Of a stretch of DNA of 64,000 nt, positions 42,512 to 51,111 are shown one piece after another (the first letter of the stretch is position 1; each line of letters begins with the position of its first letter). Made by a program: the position numbers and the translations under genes. The DNA comes from Pirellulales bacterium. Lineage in GTDB: Bacteria > Planctomycetota > Planctomycetia > Pirellulales > Thermoguttaceae. Location: NCBI GenBank assembly GCA_963838495.1, contig CAWIRC010000003.1, positions 24,999 through 88,998 of the forward strand. Direction: 5' to 3'. Below the pieces are notes generated by a model. It saw nothing but the letters and a program-made list of their open reading frames with translations, made no database searches and was not told the DNA's origin.

Positions 42512-44280
42512 TTATCGCGCTCTGCTCAACCGCTCGCGCACCAATTCAGGCAGATACTTGACCGGCACCGAGGCCGGGGCCAGTACCGCTTCGTGGTACC
42601 GCCCCAGGTCGAATTTATCGCCCATCTCCCGCTCGATTTGCTGGCGCAGGCGGTACATCGCCGTTCGGCCTATGAAATACGTGGAAAGCTGGCAGGAACT
42701 TTGCTTGGAGCGGATGATCTTCAGCCTCGCTTCGCCCTCGGACTGATACGCGCCGTTGACCAGGAATTTCAGGGCCTCGTCGTCGGTCATCTCGGTGCAG
42801 TGCATTTTATAGTCTAAAATGGCGTTGGCCACCGCGCGGAGATAGAACTTCTGCTGTGTCAAACGCAGGGCCAGGCTCCCGTCGCCGTAGCCCTGGTCGA
42901 GCATCATCTGCTCGGTGTAAACCGCCCAGCCTTCGACATACACCCCCGATTCCAACACCCGGCGCACAAGCGATGGATTCCTATGGGCATACTCCAATTG
43001 CACAAAATGGCCGGGATAAGCCTCGTGAATTGTCAGAATCTGCATCATGTGTGAGTTGTATTCCTCCAGCAAGGTTTCCACGCGCTTGGCGTCCCAATCC
43101 TTGGGCGGAGGGCTGACCGCGTAAAAACTTACCGCCTTGGGATCCAAGGGCGGGGCCGGCTCGCAATAGGCCGTCGAATTGCCGCGCTTGAATTCCGGCA
43201 TCTCCACGACCTGGCAATTGTCGGGCTCGGGCAGGCGAACAATATCATGCCCCGCAATGAACGTCTTGATCTTCTGCACGTTCGCCCGGGCGTTCGGCAC
43301 AAGGTCTTCCGGCTTGCCGTGTTCCAGGCCGATCTTCTCCAGCACTTGTTCGATGCAAAAGCGGCGGCCCTCGGCGTCGTCCGGCGGCAGCGCCTGCTGC
43401 GGGAAGTAACGGCTCCAAAGCTGCCTGGCGATAAGATACATGTCGCGCTCGACGCGCGTAAACTCCGACTCGGCCTCGGCCAGGACCTGCTCGGGCGTCA
43501 CGTCGGCCTCCAGATCGAGCCGCAGCTTTTCCGCGAATTTCTCCCTTCCCAACCGCCACTCGCCATGCGCACGCGGCAGCAGGTCTTTTTCCAGAAATTG
43601 CTGGTATTGCTTTAAGGTTCCCACGAGCGGTTGTGCGGCTGCTTTCAAGGCGTCGATTTGCGGCGTTTCGCCGGCCAGTTGAAAGATATCCCGCTCATAA
43701 AAACCGATCGCCCCCAGGTTCTGCTTGATCGCGGTTTCGGTAACTGCCGCCGGCGGATTTTGCAGGCTCCGCCGGGCCTCGGCAATCGCCTCGGGAATGA
43801 GCTTCATGCGGGCGATCGAGTTCGTTATGTTGGTTTCCTTGGGCAGCGTGGACTGCGTGAGCGGAACGTATACGCTGTCGTTAATATAAGCGTTGTACGT
43901 ACGGGGATCCAACTCGAACGGCCGAATATTCTCCGCGTTCCAAATGAACGACTTGAGATGAAGTTGAAATATTTCAAAGTCGATCTTTCCGTCCCGCGAC
44001 AGATTGTCGTAATCCACCTGCCTGGGCAGTTCTGCCAATGTTTTGCGCCATGTTCGACCCAGTTTTTTCGGGCTTGCGGTGAAATATCGTCCAGCAGATT
44101 GTCGTAACGGTGCTCGCCCAGCCTGGTGGCGTCCAACGGCCGCAGTTTAAATGTTTCCTCCAGATATTGTTTAAAAAAAGCGTTGAGCCTGGCGTCGGCC
44201 TCTTCGGCGAAACCCGGAGATAAACCGACCGAGAGAAGACACAGCGTTGCCATAATGTTTCCTATCAATATTATTCTCAT
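42512..44280 (-). pseudogene. DUF885-family protein, signal peptide/N-terminus in another frame (1-nt frameshift near 44049-44053)
   Basis: IHEAYPGHFVQLEYA is the DUF885 signature. ORF 43825-44280 supplies MRIILIGNIMATLCLLSVGLSPGFA..ISPQARKNWVE, and the body frame continues WRKTLAELPRQVDYDNLS. Confidence 0.85.
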
Positions 44281-44465
44281 ATTACTTAGCCTTGCTGTTT
44301 CGGATAACCTGAATGTGCCTGGACAGCTTGATACAAATGCCGTCCTATGCAGTTGATAATAGATCTATTATAACCGGTATTCGTCGTATATAATACTTCT
44401 TGTAAATGGGTAACTATTTTAGGCAATAACTTTTTTTTAAATTTACGACAAGGGCTATCGGATAC

Positions 44466-46607
44466 ATGAACGCGATTTTTAAGAAATGGATTCTGGGTTT
44501 GGCAACGGCATGTGTTTTGTGGTTGCCGTCGCCTGTTTCGGCGCAATCGGGTTTGTTCGAGGGCAATCAAGGCGGAGGATTCTTCGGCGCAGGCGCCGAC
44601 GCTAAAGACATTGTCAAACTGGATGCCCGCTTCACCCCGCCCGCCGGCAACAGGCTAGCCATGTTGTTCATCACCGCCGATATCAAACAGGGCTGGCACA
44701 TTTATTCCATCACCCAGGAGCCGGGAGGGCCGATCCGCACGAAAATTGATCTGGTCCCGTCACCGCAATATCGGCTGGCCGGCGAGTTCCAATCGCAGCC
44801 GCCGCCGAAAAAGGAAAAAGAACCCGACGCCTTCGGCGATTTGCCGATCGAAAGTCATTCCGGATCGGTAACCTGGTTCGCTCCCTTGGAATTTTCCCCC
44901 GGCGTTGACCCGGCCTCGCTGAGGATCGAGGGAAAGGTGACGGTGCAGCCTTGCGACGCCAATGCCTGCCTGCCGCCGCGTGATGTGCCGTTCAGCGCCG
45001 TTCTCGGCCGCGGCATTGATTTGTCGCCGGAGCAAATCAAAATGCTTTCAGTGTCTAAGCCGTCTTTGCCTGGGGGAGGTACGATTCAAATTCCGGCATC
45101 TCAAAATGAATTGCCTAAACAAACACTATCCCCCATACCGGCAGTCGAACAATCCGAAAAAAAGGGATTGGAATGGCTTCCATTTTCAACGCCATCGTTC
45201 AAACAATTCGCCGGACCAATGTTCGACGAGCAAATTCTCAAACATAATATTCAAAGCCGCCTGCAATTCACAAGCTTATGGCGGGAAATGCTGCTGGGCT
45301 TTCTCGGCGGCATTATTCTGAATTTGATGCCCTGCGTGTTGCCGGTAATCGGATTGAAAATCATCTCCTTCGTCGAGCAATCGGGAAAAAACCGCTTACA
45401 CGCCTTTATGTTGAATGTGTGGTATTCGGCCGGGCTGATCTCGGTCTTCCTGCTCCTCGCCGCGCTGGCCGCTTTTAACAAACTGGGCTGGGGACAACTT
45501 TTCATGTTCCCGGCCTTTAACGTAGCCATGGCGGCCGTGGTGTTTGTAATGGGGCTCAGCTTTTTGGGCGTGTGGGAGATTCCCATACCCGGTTTTATCG
45601 GCAGCGGAAAAACAGCCGATCTGGCCCAGCGCGAAGGACTGTCCGGCGCCTTTGCCAAGGGCGTCGTGACGACCATCCTGGCCACCCCCTGCACCGGACC
45701 TTTCATGGCCTCCGCCTTGTTTTGGGCGGTAAGCCAGCCGCCGCAGATCACCTTCCTGGTTTTCGCCAGCGTGGGGTTGGGCATGGCCAGCCCTTATCTC
45801 TTGATCGGCGCATTTCCCGAACTGATCCGCTTTCTACCAAAGCCCGGCGCCTGGATGGATACCTTCAAGCACATCATGGGCTTTGTTTTGATGGCCACAG
45901 TGGTTTATATTTTTACATTTTTAGAATGGCCGTACGTCGTGCCCACCATCGGCCTGCTGATGGCCTTTTGGGCGGGATGCTGGTGGATAGGCCGCACCCC
46001 GTTATACGCCGAGCCAAGCGCCCGATTTCGTGCCTCGGCGCAAGCCGGCATTTTCGTCGCCGTGATTTGGATCTTCATGTTTCCCGGACTGAGCGGCCTT
46101 AGCGGCGGACGTATAAACTGGGGCGGGCTCTACGACGTGATGAACGGCCGCTTGAACGAATCTTACCAGCGCTGCGTCCAACGACATTGGGAAGATCTTC
46201 AACGCCAAGGTTTTACATTGGTCCGGGACGCGGGCATATTGCAGCCGATTAACAACTCCGGTGGGCCGAAAACCATCGTCGTCGATTTCACCGCCGATTG
46301 GTGCGCCACCTGCAAAACCCTGGAGGCAACCATTCTTAATACCGATGCCGTGCGGCAAACCGTTCTTCAAAACGATATAGTTTTAATGAAGGCCGACTGG
46401 ACCCACGAAGATCCCCAAGTCACGGCCATGCTTGACCTGCTGGGCGCCCGGCAGGTGCCCACCTTGGCCATTTTTCCGGCCAATCTGTCCAACGATCCCA
46501 TTGTTTTCCGCGGCTGGTACGGCAAGCAAGATTTGTTAAAGGCATTGAATGATGCCGGAGCGTCGAAAAAAGCTTCTGAGCTAGAGATTCAGGGTTCAGC
46601 GCTATAA
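44466..46607 (+). CDS. dsbD: DsbD-like thiol:disulfide interchange protein (N-terminal domain, CcdA-type TM core, C-terminal thioredoxin)
   Basis: QPCDANACLPP, LNLMPCVLPVIGLKI, TPCTGPF and DFTADWCATCK. Confidence 0.88.
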   Translation: MNAIFKKWILGLATACVLWLPSPVSAQSGLFEGNQGGGFFGAGADAKDIVKLDARFTPPAGNRLAMLFITADIKQGWHIYSITQEPGGPIRTKIDLVPSPQYRLAGEFQSQPPPKKEKEPDAFGDLPIESHSGSVTWFAPLEFSPGVDPASLRIEGKVTVQPCDANACLPPRDVPFSAVLGRGIDLSPEQIKMLSVSKPSLPGGGTIQIPASQNELPKQTLSPIPAVEQSEKKGLEWLPFSTPSFKQFAGPMFDEQILKHNIQSRLQFTSLWREMLLGFLGGIILNLMPCVLPVIGLKIISFVEQSGKNRLHAFMLNVWYSAGLISVFLLLAALAAFNKLGWGQLFMFPAFNVAMAAVVFVMGLSFLGVWEIPIPGFIGSGKTADLAQREGLSGAFAKGVVTTILATPCTGPFMASALFWAVSQPPQITFLVFASVGLGMASPYLLIGAFPELIRFLPKPGAWMDTFKHIMGFVLMATVVYIFTFLEWPYVVPTIGLLMAFWAGCWWIGRTPLYAEPSARFRASAQAGIFVAVIWIFMFPGLSGLSGGRINWGGLYDVMNGRLNESYQRCVQRHWEDLQRQGFTLVRDAGILQPINNSGGPKTIVVDFTADWCATCKTLEATILNTDAVRQTVLQNDIVLMKADWTHEDPQVTAMLDLLGARQVPTLAIFPANLSNDPIVFRGWYGKQDLLKALNDAGASKKASELEIQGSAL

Positions 46608-46634
46608 TAACGTTTAACGCTATAAAAAATTTAA

Positions 46635-46664
46635 CCCCCGGTGATTACACCGGGGGGGTTTTTA
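46635..46664 (+). terminator. intrinsic terminator hairpin after the dsbD-like gene (convergent with purM)
   Basis: cccccggtg atta caccggggg followed by ggttttt. The stem is the same as at 53314-53335. Confidence 0.75.
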
Positions 46665-46682
46665 CTTTCATCCTTCCTCCAC

Positions 46683-46717
46683 AATCTCTAATCCCTAATC
46701 CCCAATCCCCAATCCCT
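46683..46717. repeat. heptad-periodic array (5 units) abutting the purM stop
   Basis: aatctct aatccct aatcccc aatcccc aatccct. Confidence 0.8.
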
Positions 46718-47781
46718 CATTTCCCCCAAACGACGCCCCGCGGGCCTTTTTCCACACGCCCTATGGCCCAGCTTTTCAGCTTCGACCGCTTTAATTGCTG
46801 GCGTATGCTGTCGGCATAAAACGGCGCGACTGCCAACACCAAGCCGATGCCCATGTTGAACACCTGGTCCATCTCGGCCTGATCCACCTCGCCCAAGCGC
46901 TGAAGCCATGAAAAAATCGGCGGCGCCGGCCAACTGCCGCGCTCGATTATCACCTGCACGCCTTCGGGCACGATCCGCTCCAGGTTCTCGCACAATCCGC
47001 CGCCCGTGATGTGAGCGATGCCGTGCACGATGTTCTTGACCGTGTAGTAATTCAGAATTTGCCGCACCGGCCGGGCGTAGATTTTCGTCGGCTCCAGCAG
47101 CGCTTGGCCCACGGCTCGCCCCAGTTCCTCCACGTGATCGTTTATCGAAAGCCCGGCGATGTCGAAAACAATTTTCCGCGCCAGGCTGTACCCGTTGGAA
47201 TGCAAGCCCGTCGACGCCACGCCCAGCACCACGTCGCCGGGTTCGATGGCCTTGCCGTCAATTATGTTTTTCTTGTCCACCACGCCCACGCAGAACCCGG
47301 CCAGGTCGTAATCGCCGGGGGCGTACATGTCGGGCAGGATGGCGGTCTCGCCGCCTAAAAGCGCGCAATCGCTTTGGATGCAGCCCGCCGTGATGCCTTC
47401 TACAAGCTGCTCCAGCAGGTCCGGATCGTCCTTAGGCATGGCCACGTAATCCAGGAAGAACAAAGGCTCGGCCCCGCAGCACAGGGCGTCGTTTACGCTC
47501 ATGGCCACCAGGTCGATGCCCACCGTATTGTGCACGCCCATGGCCCCGGCCACTTTCAGCTTGGTCCCCACGCCGTCGGTGCAGGAGACAAGCACCGGCT
47601 GCTTGTACTTTCGGGCAAAAAGCTTATTTTCAAAATCGAGTTGGAACAGCCCGGCAAACCCACCCTCCAGCGGTATAACCCTGGGCGTGAACGTCCGCGT
47701 CAAAAGCCCCGGCAGCCTCGCCATCGCCTGGCGGTAAACATCCAGATCAACTCCCGCATCCTTATAAGTCGCTTTGGCCAT
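46717..47781 (-). CDS. purM: phosphoribosylformylglycinamidine cyclo-ligase (AIR synthetase)
   Basis: GGFAGLF, DGVGTKL, AMSVNDALCCGAEPLFFLDY and HSNGYSL, 354 aa. Confidence 0.95.
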   Translation of the reverse strand: MAKATYKDAGVDLDVYRQAMARLPGLLTRTFTPRVIPLEGGFAGLFQLDFENKLFARKYKQPVLVSCTDGVGTKLKVAGAMGVHNTVGIDLVAMSVNDALCCGAEPLFFLDYVAMPKDDPDLLEQLVEGITAGCIQSDCALLGGETAILPDMYAPGDYDLAGFCVGVVDKKNIIDGKAIEPGDVVLGVASTGLHSNGYSLARKIVFDIAGLSINDHVEELGRAVGQALLEPTKIYARPVRQILNYYTVKNIVHGIAHITGGGLCENLERIVPEGVQVIIERGSWPAPPIFSWLQRLGEVDQAEMDQVFNMGIGLVLAVAPFYADSIRQQLKRSKLKSWAIGRVEKGPRGVVWGK

Positions 47782-47799
47782 TTGTTAATAATAATCAGT

Positions 47800-47834
47800 C
47801 CCCTCTCCCTTTGGGAGAGGGCTAGGGTGAGGGC
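47800..47834 (+). repeat. REP element, short-loop form, 19 nt upstream of the purM start
   Basis: cccctctccctttgggagagggctagggtgagggc. Confidence 0.8.
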
Positions 47835-47985
47835 TTTTCTTGGACAGGTAAAACCTCCGTATTTTAATGCACGGCCTGCGAATTGGAAAGGCTGCGGTAA
47901 TTCTTCTTGACATTTTCCAACGTAAAAACTTATGCTAGAAGTCTTGAAAAACTTTTTTAGTCCGAATTAGACTTTCATATGCGTT

Positions 47986-48339
47986 ATGAACACCCGATGC
48001 CCACTTTATAGAATAGTTGGAATAAGTAGCGGCTTGTTCACCGCTATCGGATTTATCGGCTTATGGATATGCAAGATCGTAAGAGATCATCTTGCAATGA
48101 CCGAGAAACAATTCATGTCAACCAATGGCGGCAGCTTAGCAGTTTGGATACTATCGGCGTGTTTTATCCTTGGGCTCTGCGTTCTGTTTCCCATTGCTCT
48201 AATCTTTCAACGCCGCGCAAGAGTTCCTATACCAGGTCCAATTTTGCCCGACTGGTTGGAACGCGTGTTGATAGTTACCGTCTTTTGTATAATAGTCTTC
48301 TTTGCGGTTATTATTTTAGTTAATTTATTTCATATATGA
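47986..48339 (+). CDS. hypothetical 3-TM membrane protein
   Basis: 117-aa AT-rich ORF with three hydrophobic segments. Its stop overlaps the antitoxin ATG (ATGA at 48336-48339). Confidence 0.5.
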   Translation: MNTRCPLYRIVGISSGLFTAIGFIGLWICKIVRDHLAMTEKQFMSTNGGSLAVWILSACFILGLCVLFPIALIFQRRARVPIPGPILPDWLERVLIVTVFCIIVFFAVIILVNLFHI

Positions 48340-48587
48340 ATAAAGCTATGAAAAAAATGGCTCTATCGGAAGTAAAAGACGATCTTTCGAAATATTTGCA
48401 CATTGCGGAAAACGAGGAAGTTATTATTACACGTCACGGCAAGCCCGCCGGGGTGTTGATCGGATTTGAAACGGAAGACGACTGGTTCGATTATCGCCTG
48501 GAAAATGATCCAAGATTTCTGCGGCGGATCGAGAAGGCCGGAAACAGCATCAAGTCGGGCAAAGACGTCAAATTGGAAGACGTGTAG
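48336..48587 (+). CDS. Phd/YefM-family type II antitoxin (no cognate toxin recognised)
   Basis: ALSEVKDDLSKYLHIAENEEVIITRHGKPAGVLIGFETEDDW. An alternative ATG is at 48348. Confidence 0.8.
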   Translation: MNKAMKKMALSEVKDDLSKYLHIAENEEVIITRHGKPAGVLIGFETEDDWFDYRLENDPRFLRRIEKAGNSIKSGKDVKLEDV

Positions 48588-48704
48588 GCAAAACTAAGGC
48601 AATATGCTAAGCTTATCGTGGTCATGTCGGGAGTTTATAAATACCGCAAATTTTTTAGACATTTGGAGTGATCTCGTAATTTAGCCGCGAAGCGGCGACG
48701 TATT

Positions 48705-48859
48705 GTAGCCAGGGGCGTCAGCCCCTGGGGAAAGGTTGTATTATCCATGCAAGCCCCGGAGGGGCGACATCGGACGCGGCAAAGAACAAATGTCGCCCCT
48801 TCGGGGCTTTCGCAGTTTTTAATAATTGCCTTGCCCCAGGGGCTGACGCCCCTGGCTAC
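48705..48859. mobile_element. MITE-like 155-nt element with 26-nt terminal inverted repeats and a nested inner inverted repeat
   Basis: Outer repeats are gtagccaggggcgtcagcccctgggg (48705-48730) and ccccaggggctgacgcccctggctac (48834-48859). Inner repeats are agccccggaggggcgacat (48752-48770) and atgtcgccccttcggggct (48790-48808). ATT is present on both flanks and could be a target-site duplication. Confidence 0.5.
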
Positions 48860-49008
48860 ATTAATCCGGCCCTCCGGGCCTGATGATTCTTATTCACGCA
48901 AAAAGCTAAAACATCACATAAAACCGTAGTATGTCCGCGCAAGCGCGGACATGGCGCCCGCAGCAGTGGTTCTTTATTTTCATCCTACCGAGGAGTTTAA
49001 TCGCCGTT

Positions 49009-49857
49009 ATGAGAACAAGAGTTGGCCGATCAATTTTCACGTGTCCGGGCTGGGGAATTGCTGCCGCATGGATATTGGCGGCAGTTTGTATGCTTGCGCT
49101 GGCGGGCGGGGCCGAAAAAAAGGAAGATGCCGATGCGCCAGCGCCGCCCAAGGCCCCAAAACTGTCTTCTTTCGCCCCCGCCAAGGACCTGGCCGGTCAA
49201 TTGCAGGATTACATCAAGGAAATCGATTCCACGCTGGCAAGCGAAGATGAGTACAAAGATTCGGAAGCCAAGATCGGCAGGTGCACGAACACGCTGGCGG
49301 TGATCGCGCTTTGCCTGGGGCTCGACGACGAAGACAACCAGTACAAGACCCGGGCCGCCGCGTTGATCAAGGCCGCCCAGGGGCTTGCCGCAGCCGGCGA
49401 TTATCAATCGGCCAAAAAGGCCTTCGACGCAGTCAAGGCGGCCGCCGACGGCAAGATCGCAAGCCAGGAAAAATTGAAGTGGGAAAAGGTGGCCTCCTTG
49501 CCAGACCTGATGAAGCAAGTCCCCAATATCAACACCAAGCTGAAACGAAACATAAAGGGGGCAAAGTTCAAAACCAAGGCCGCGGAGACGGCGGGCTACA
49601 CCGCGGCCATCGCCGCAATCGCCCAAGGTTCGATGGCCGACACCAGCGCGGCGAAAAATCCCCAAGAGATAAACGAGTGGTACCGATTTTCCGCCGCCAT
49701 GCGCGATGCCGCCGGGGCGGCCAACGCCGCCATCCACGCCGGCAACGAGCCCGCCGCTACCGAAGCCATGCAAAAACTCGCCAAAAGCTGCAACGATTGC
49801 CACGCCGTATTCCATCCCGAGGCAATTCTCAAGGAAGAATCCGATAATAGCCCCTGA
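49009..49857 (+). CDS. secreted protein with C-terminal cytochrome c'-like four-helix bundle (single CxxCH)
   Basis: Signal peptide, and CNDCH about 20 residues from the C-terminus after Ala-rich helices. GAGGAG RBS. Confidence 0.6.
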   Translation: MRTRVGRSIFTCPGWGIAAAWILAAVCMLALAGGAEKKEDADAPAPPKAPKLSSFAPAKDLAGQLQDYIKEIDSTLASEDEYKDSEAKIGRCTNTLAVIALCLGLDDEDNQYKTRAAALIKAAQGLAAAGDYQSAKKAFDAVKAAADGKIASQEKLKWEKVASLPDLMKQVPNINTKLKRNIKGAKFKTKAAETAGYTAAIAAIAQGSMADTSAAKNPQEINEWYRFSAAMRDAAGAANAAIHAGNEPAATEAMQKLAKSCNDCHAVFHPEAILKEESDNSP

Positions 49858-50051
49858 CAAAATAGAGGCGGCAACGGCACACGAAGCGTGCCTGCTACAC
49901 AATAAACGGATCACGGTGTGCTTGCCAAAATGGCGAAAAAATGGATAATCTCCTCTGACAAAACGAGGGACGGGAGCCCCTACTTAATCTTTTAGGAAAC
50001 ATACTATTATCGGCCGCATATTATGGGCCGCCTTCATGGAGATCGGCGAAC

Positions 50052-50756
50052 ATGGCGAAATTCACACACAATCCCAAGCTGCAAAGACTGGTCGGCGGCG
50101 GATTTTTGGAGCGCACATATATAAACACTCTTTCCCGGGTGCAAATCTTCTTATTGGGACTGCACAAGGAGCCCGAGGTCGTGCGGTTGTTAAAAAAAGT
50201 CCGCCGCGAGCGCCAGTCGCTGCAATTCGCCTACGAATCCTACACGGTGTATTCATTTTGCAAGGCCTACAGCCACCTGCCCGGAGCGATGGCCGAGGTC
50301 GGCGTGTTCCAGGGCGTCTCGGCCAAGCTGCTGTGCGAGGCAAAGGGCGACGCCGAACTGCACCTCTTCGACACCTTCGGCGGCATGCCGCAAAGCAGCA
50401 CTGCCGACAAGGGCGTGCATCGCGTAAAGCAGTATCTCTGCTCGCTCGAATCTGTGCAACAATACTTGAAAGATTATAAGAACGTCTATTTCTACCCCGG
50501 GCTTTTCCCCGAATCGGCCAAGACGCTGCCCGAACGCCGGTTCTCCTTCGTGCACCTCGACGTGGATTTATACGAGAGCACTTTGGCGGGCCTGGAGTAT
50601 TTTTATCCGCGGCTGATTACGGGCGGGGTCATATTGTCGCACGATTACTCCATCTTGGCGGGAGTAAAAAAGGCCTTCCAGGACTTCCTGCGCGACAAAC
50701 TGGAACGGCCCGTGCAATTCCCTTCCACGCAATGCGCGTTGATCAAGTTGGCCTAA
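50052..50756 (+). CDS. TylF/MycF-type class I SAM-dependent O-methyltransferase
   Basis: MAEVGVFQGVSAKLL, LHLFDTFGGMP and FVHLDVDLYESTLAGLEYFYPRLITGGVILSHDY. Confidence 0.8.
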   Translation: MAKFTHNPKLQRLVGGGFLERTYINTLSRVQIFLLGLHKEPEVVRLLKKVRRERQSLQFAYESYTVYSFCKAYSHLPGAMAEVGVFQGVSAKLLCEAKGDAELHLFDTFGGMPQSSTADKGVHRVKQYLCSLESVQQYLKDYKNVYFYPGLFPESAKTLPERRFSFVHLDVDLYESTLAGLEYFYPRLITGGVILSHDYSILAGVKKAFQDFLRDKLERPVQFPSTQCALIKLA

Positions 50757-51000
50757 ACCGGGCAAGTCATTCCAATCCCGAAGCTCACATCAGCCCAAAT
50801 CGAAAGCAAGAAACGGGCCTAGGCACTTGCTTGATATTCGTCCCTACCATAGCAGAGTCGAGTTGAATACAGCCGCAACTAGTATAAACATAAGAGGTAT
50901 ATCGTTATAACACTGTCATACTAGTTTCTTCATGAAAACTCGCTAATTTCATGGCATCTGCTGACGATGCCGATAACAAGGGTGCGAAAGGCATTTTTCA

Positions 51001-51057
51001 GCCCCTCCCGTGCAACAACCGAAAAATAGTTGAACGCAACGGATGGAGGGCTTTTTT
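51001..51057 (+). terminator. possible long imperfect hairpin plus T6
   Basis: gcccctcccgtgcaac...gcaacggatggagggc followed by tttttt. It lies ~250 nt after the methyltransferase stop and just before glgX. Confidence 0.35.
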
Positions 51058-51111
51058 CTCGGCCTTTCACCTTGCCCTACAGACTTAAACTATATTTACA
51101 TCAGGTTTAGC

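Noticed and set aside
46683-46717. Telomere-like AATCCC/TTAGGG repeats (also 34849-34883).
   Set aside because: Each has only five degenerate units, sits inside ordinary intergenic spacers, and is one flavour of the general heptad arrays. Nothing suggests a chromosome end.
48604-48684. A 26-codon ORF considered as a truncated ParE-like toxin remnant.
   Set aside because: The similarity is limited to a short A..(D/F)L..IW motif. Removing the adjacent MITE-like element does not restore an open frame to the possible C-terminal remnant near 48880-48909. It is kept only as a remark in the antitoxin finding.
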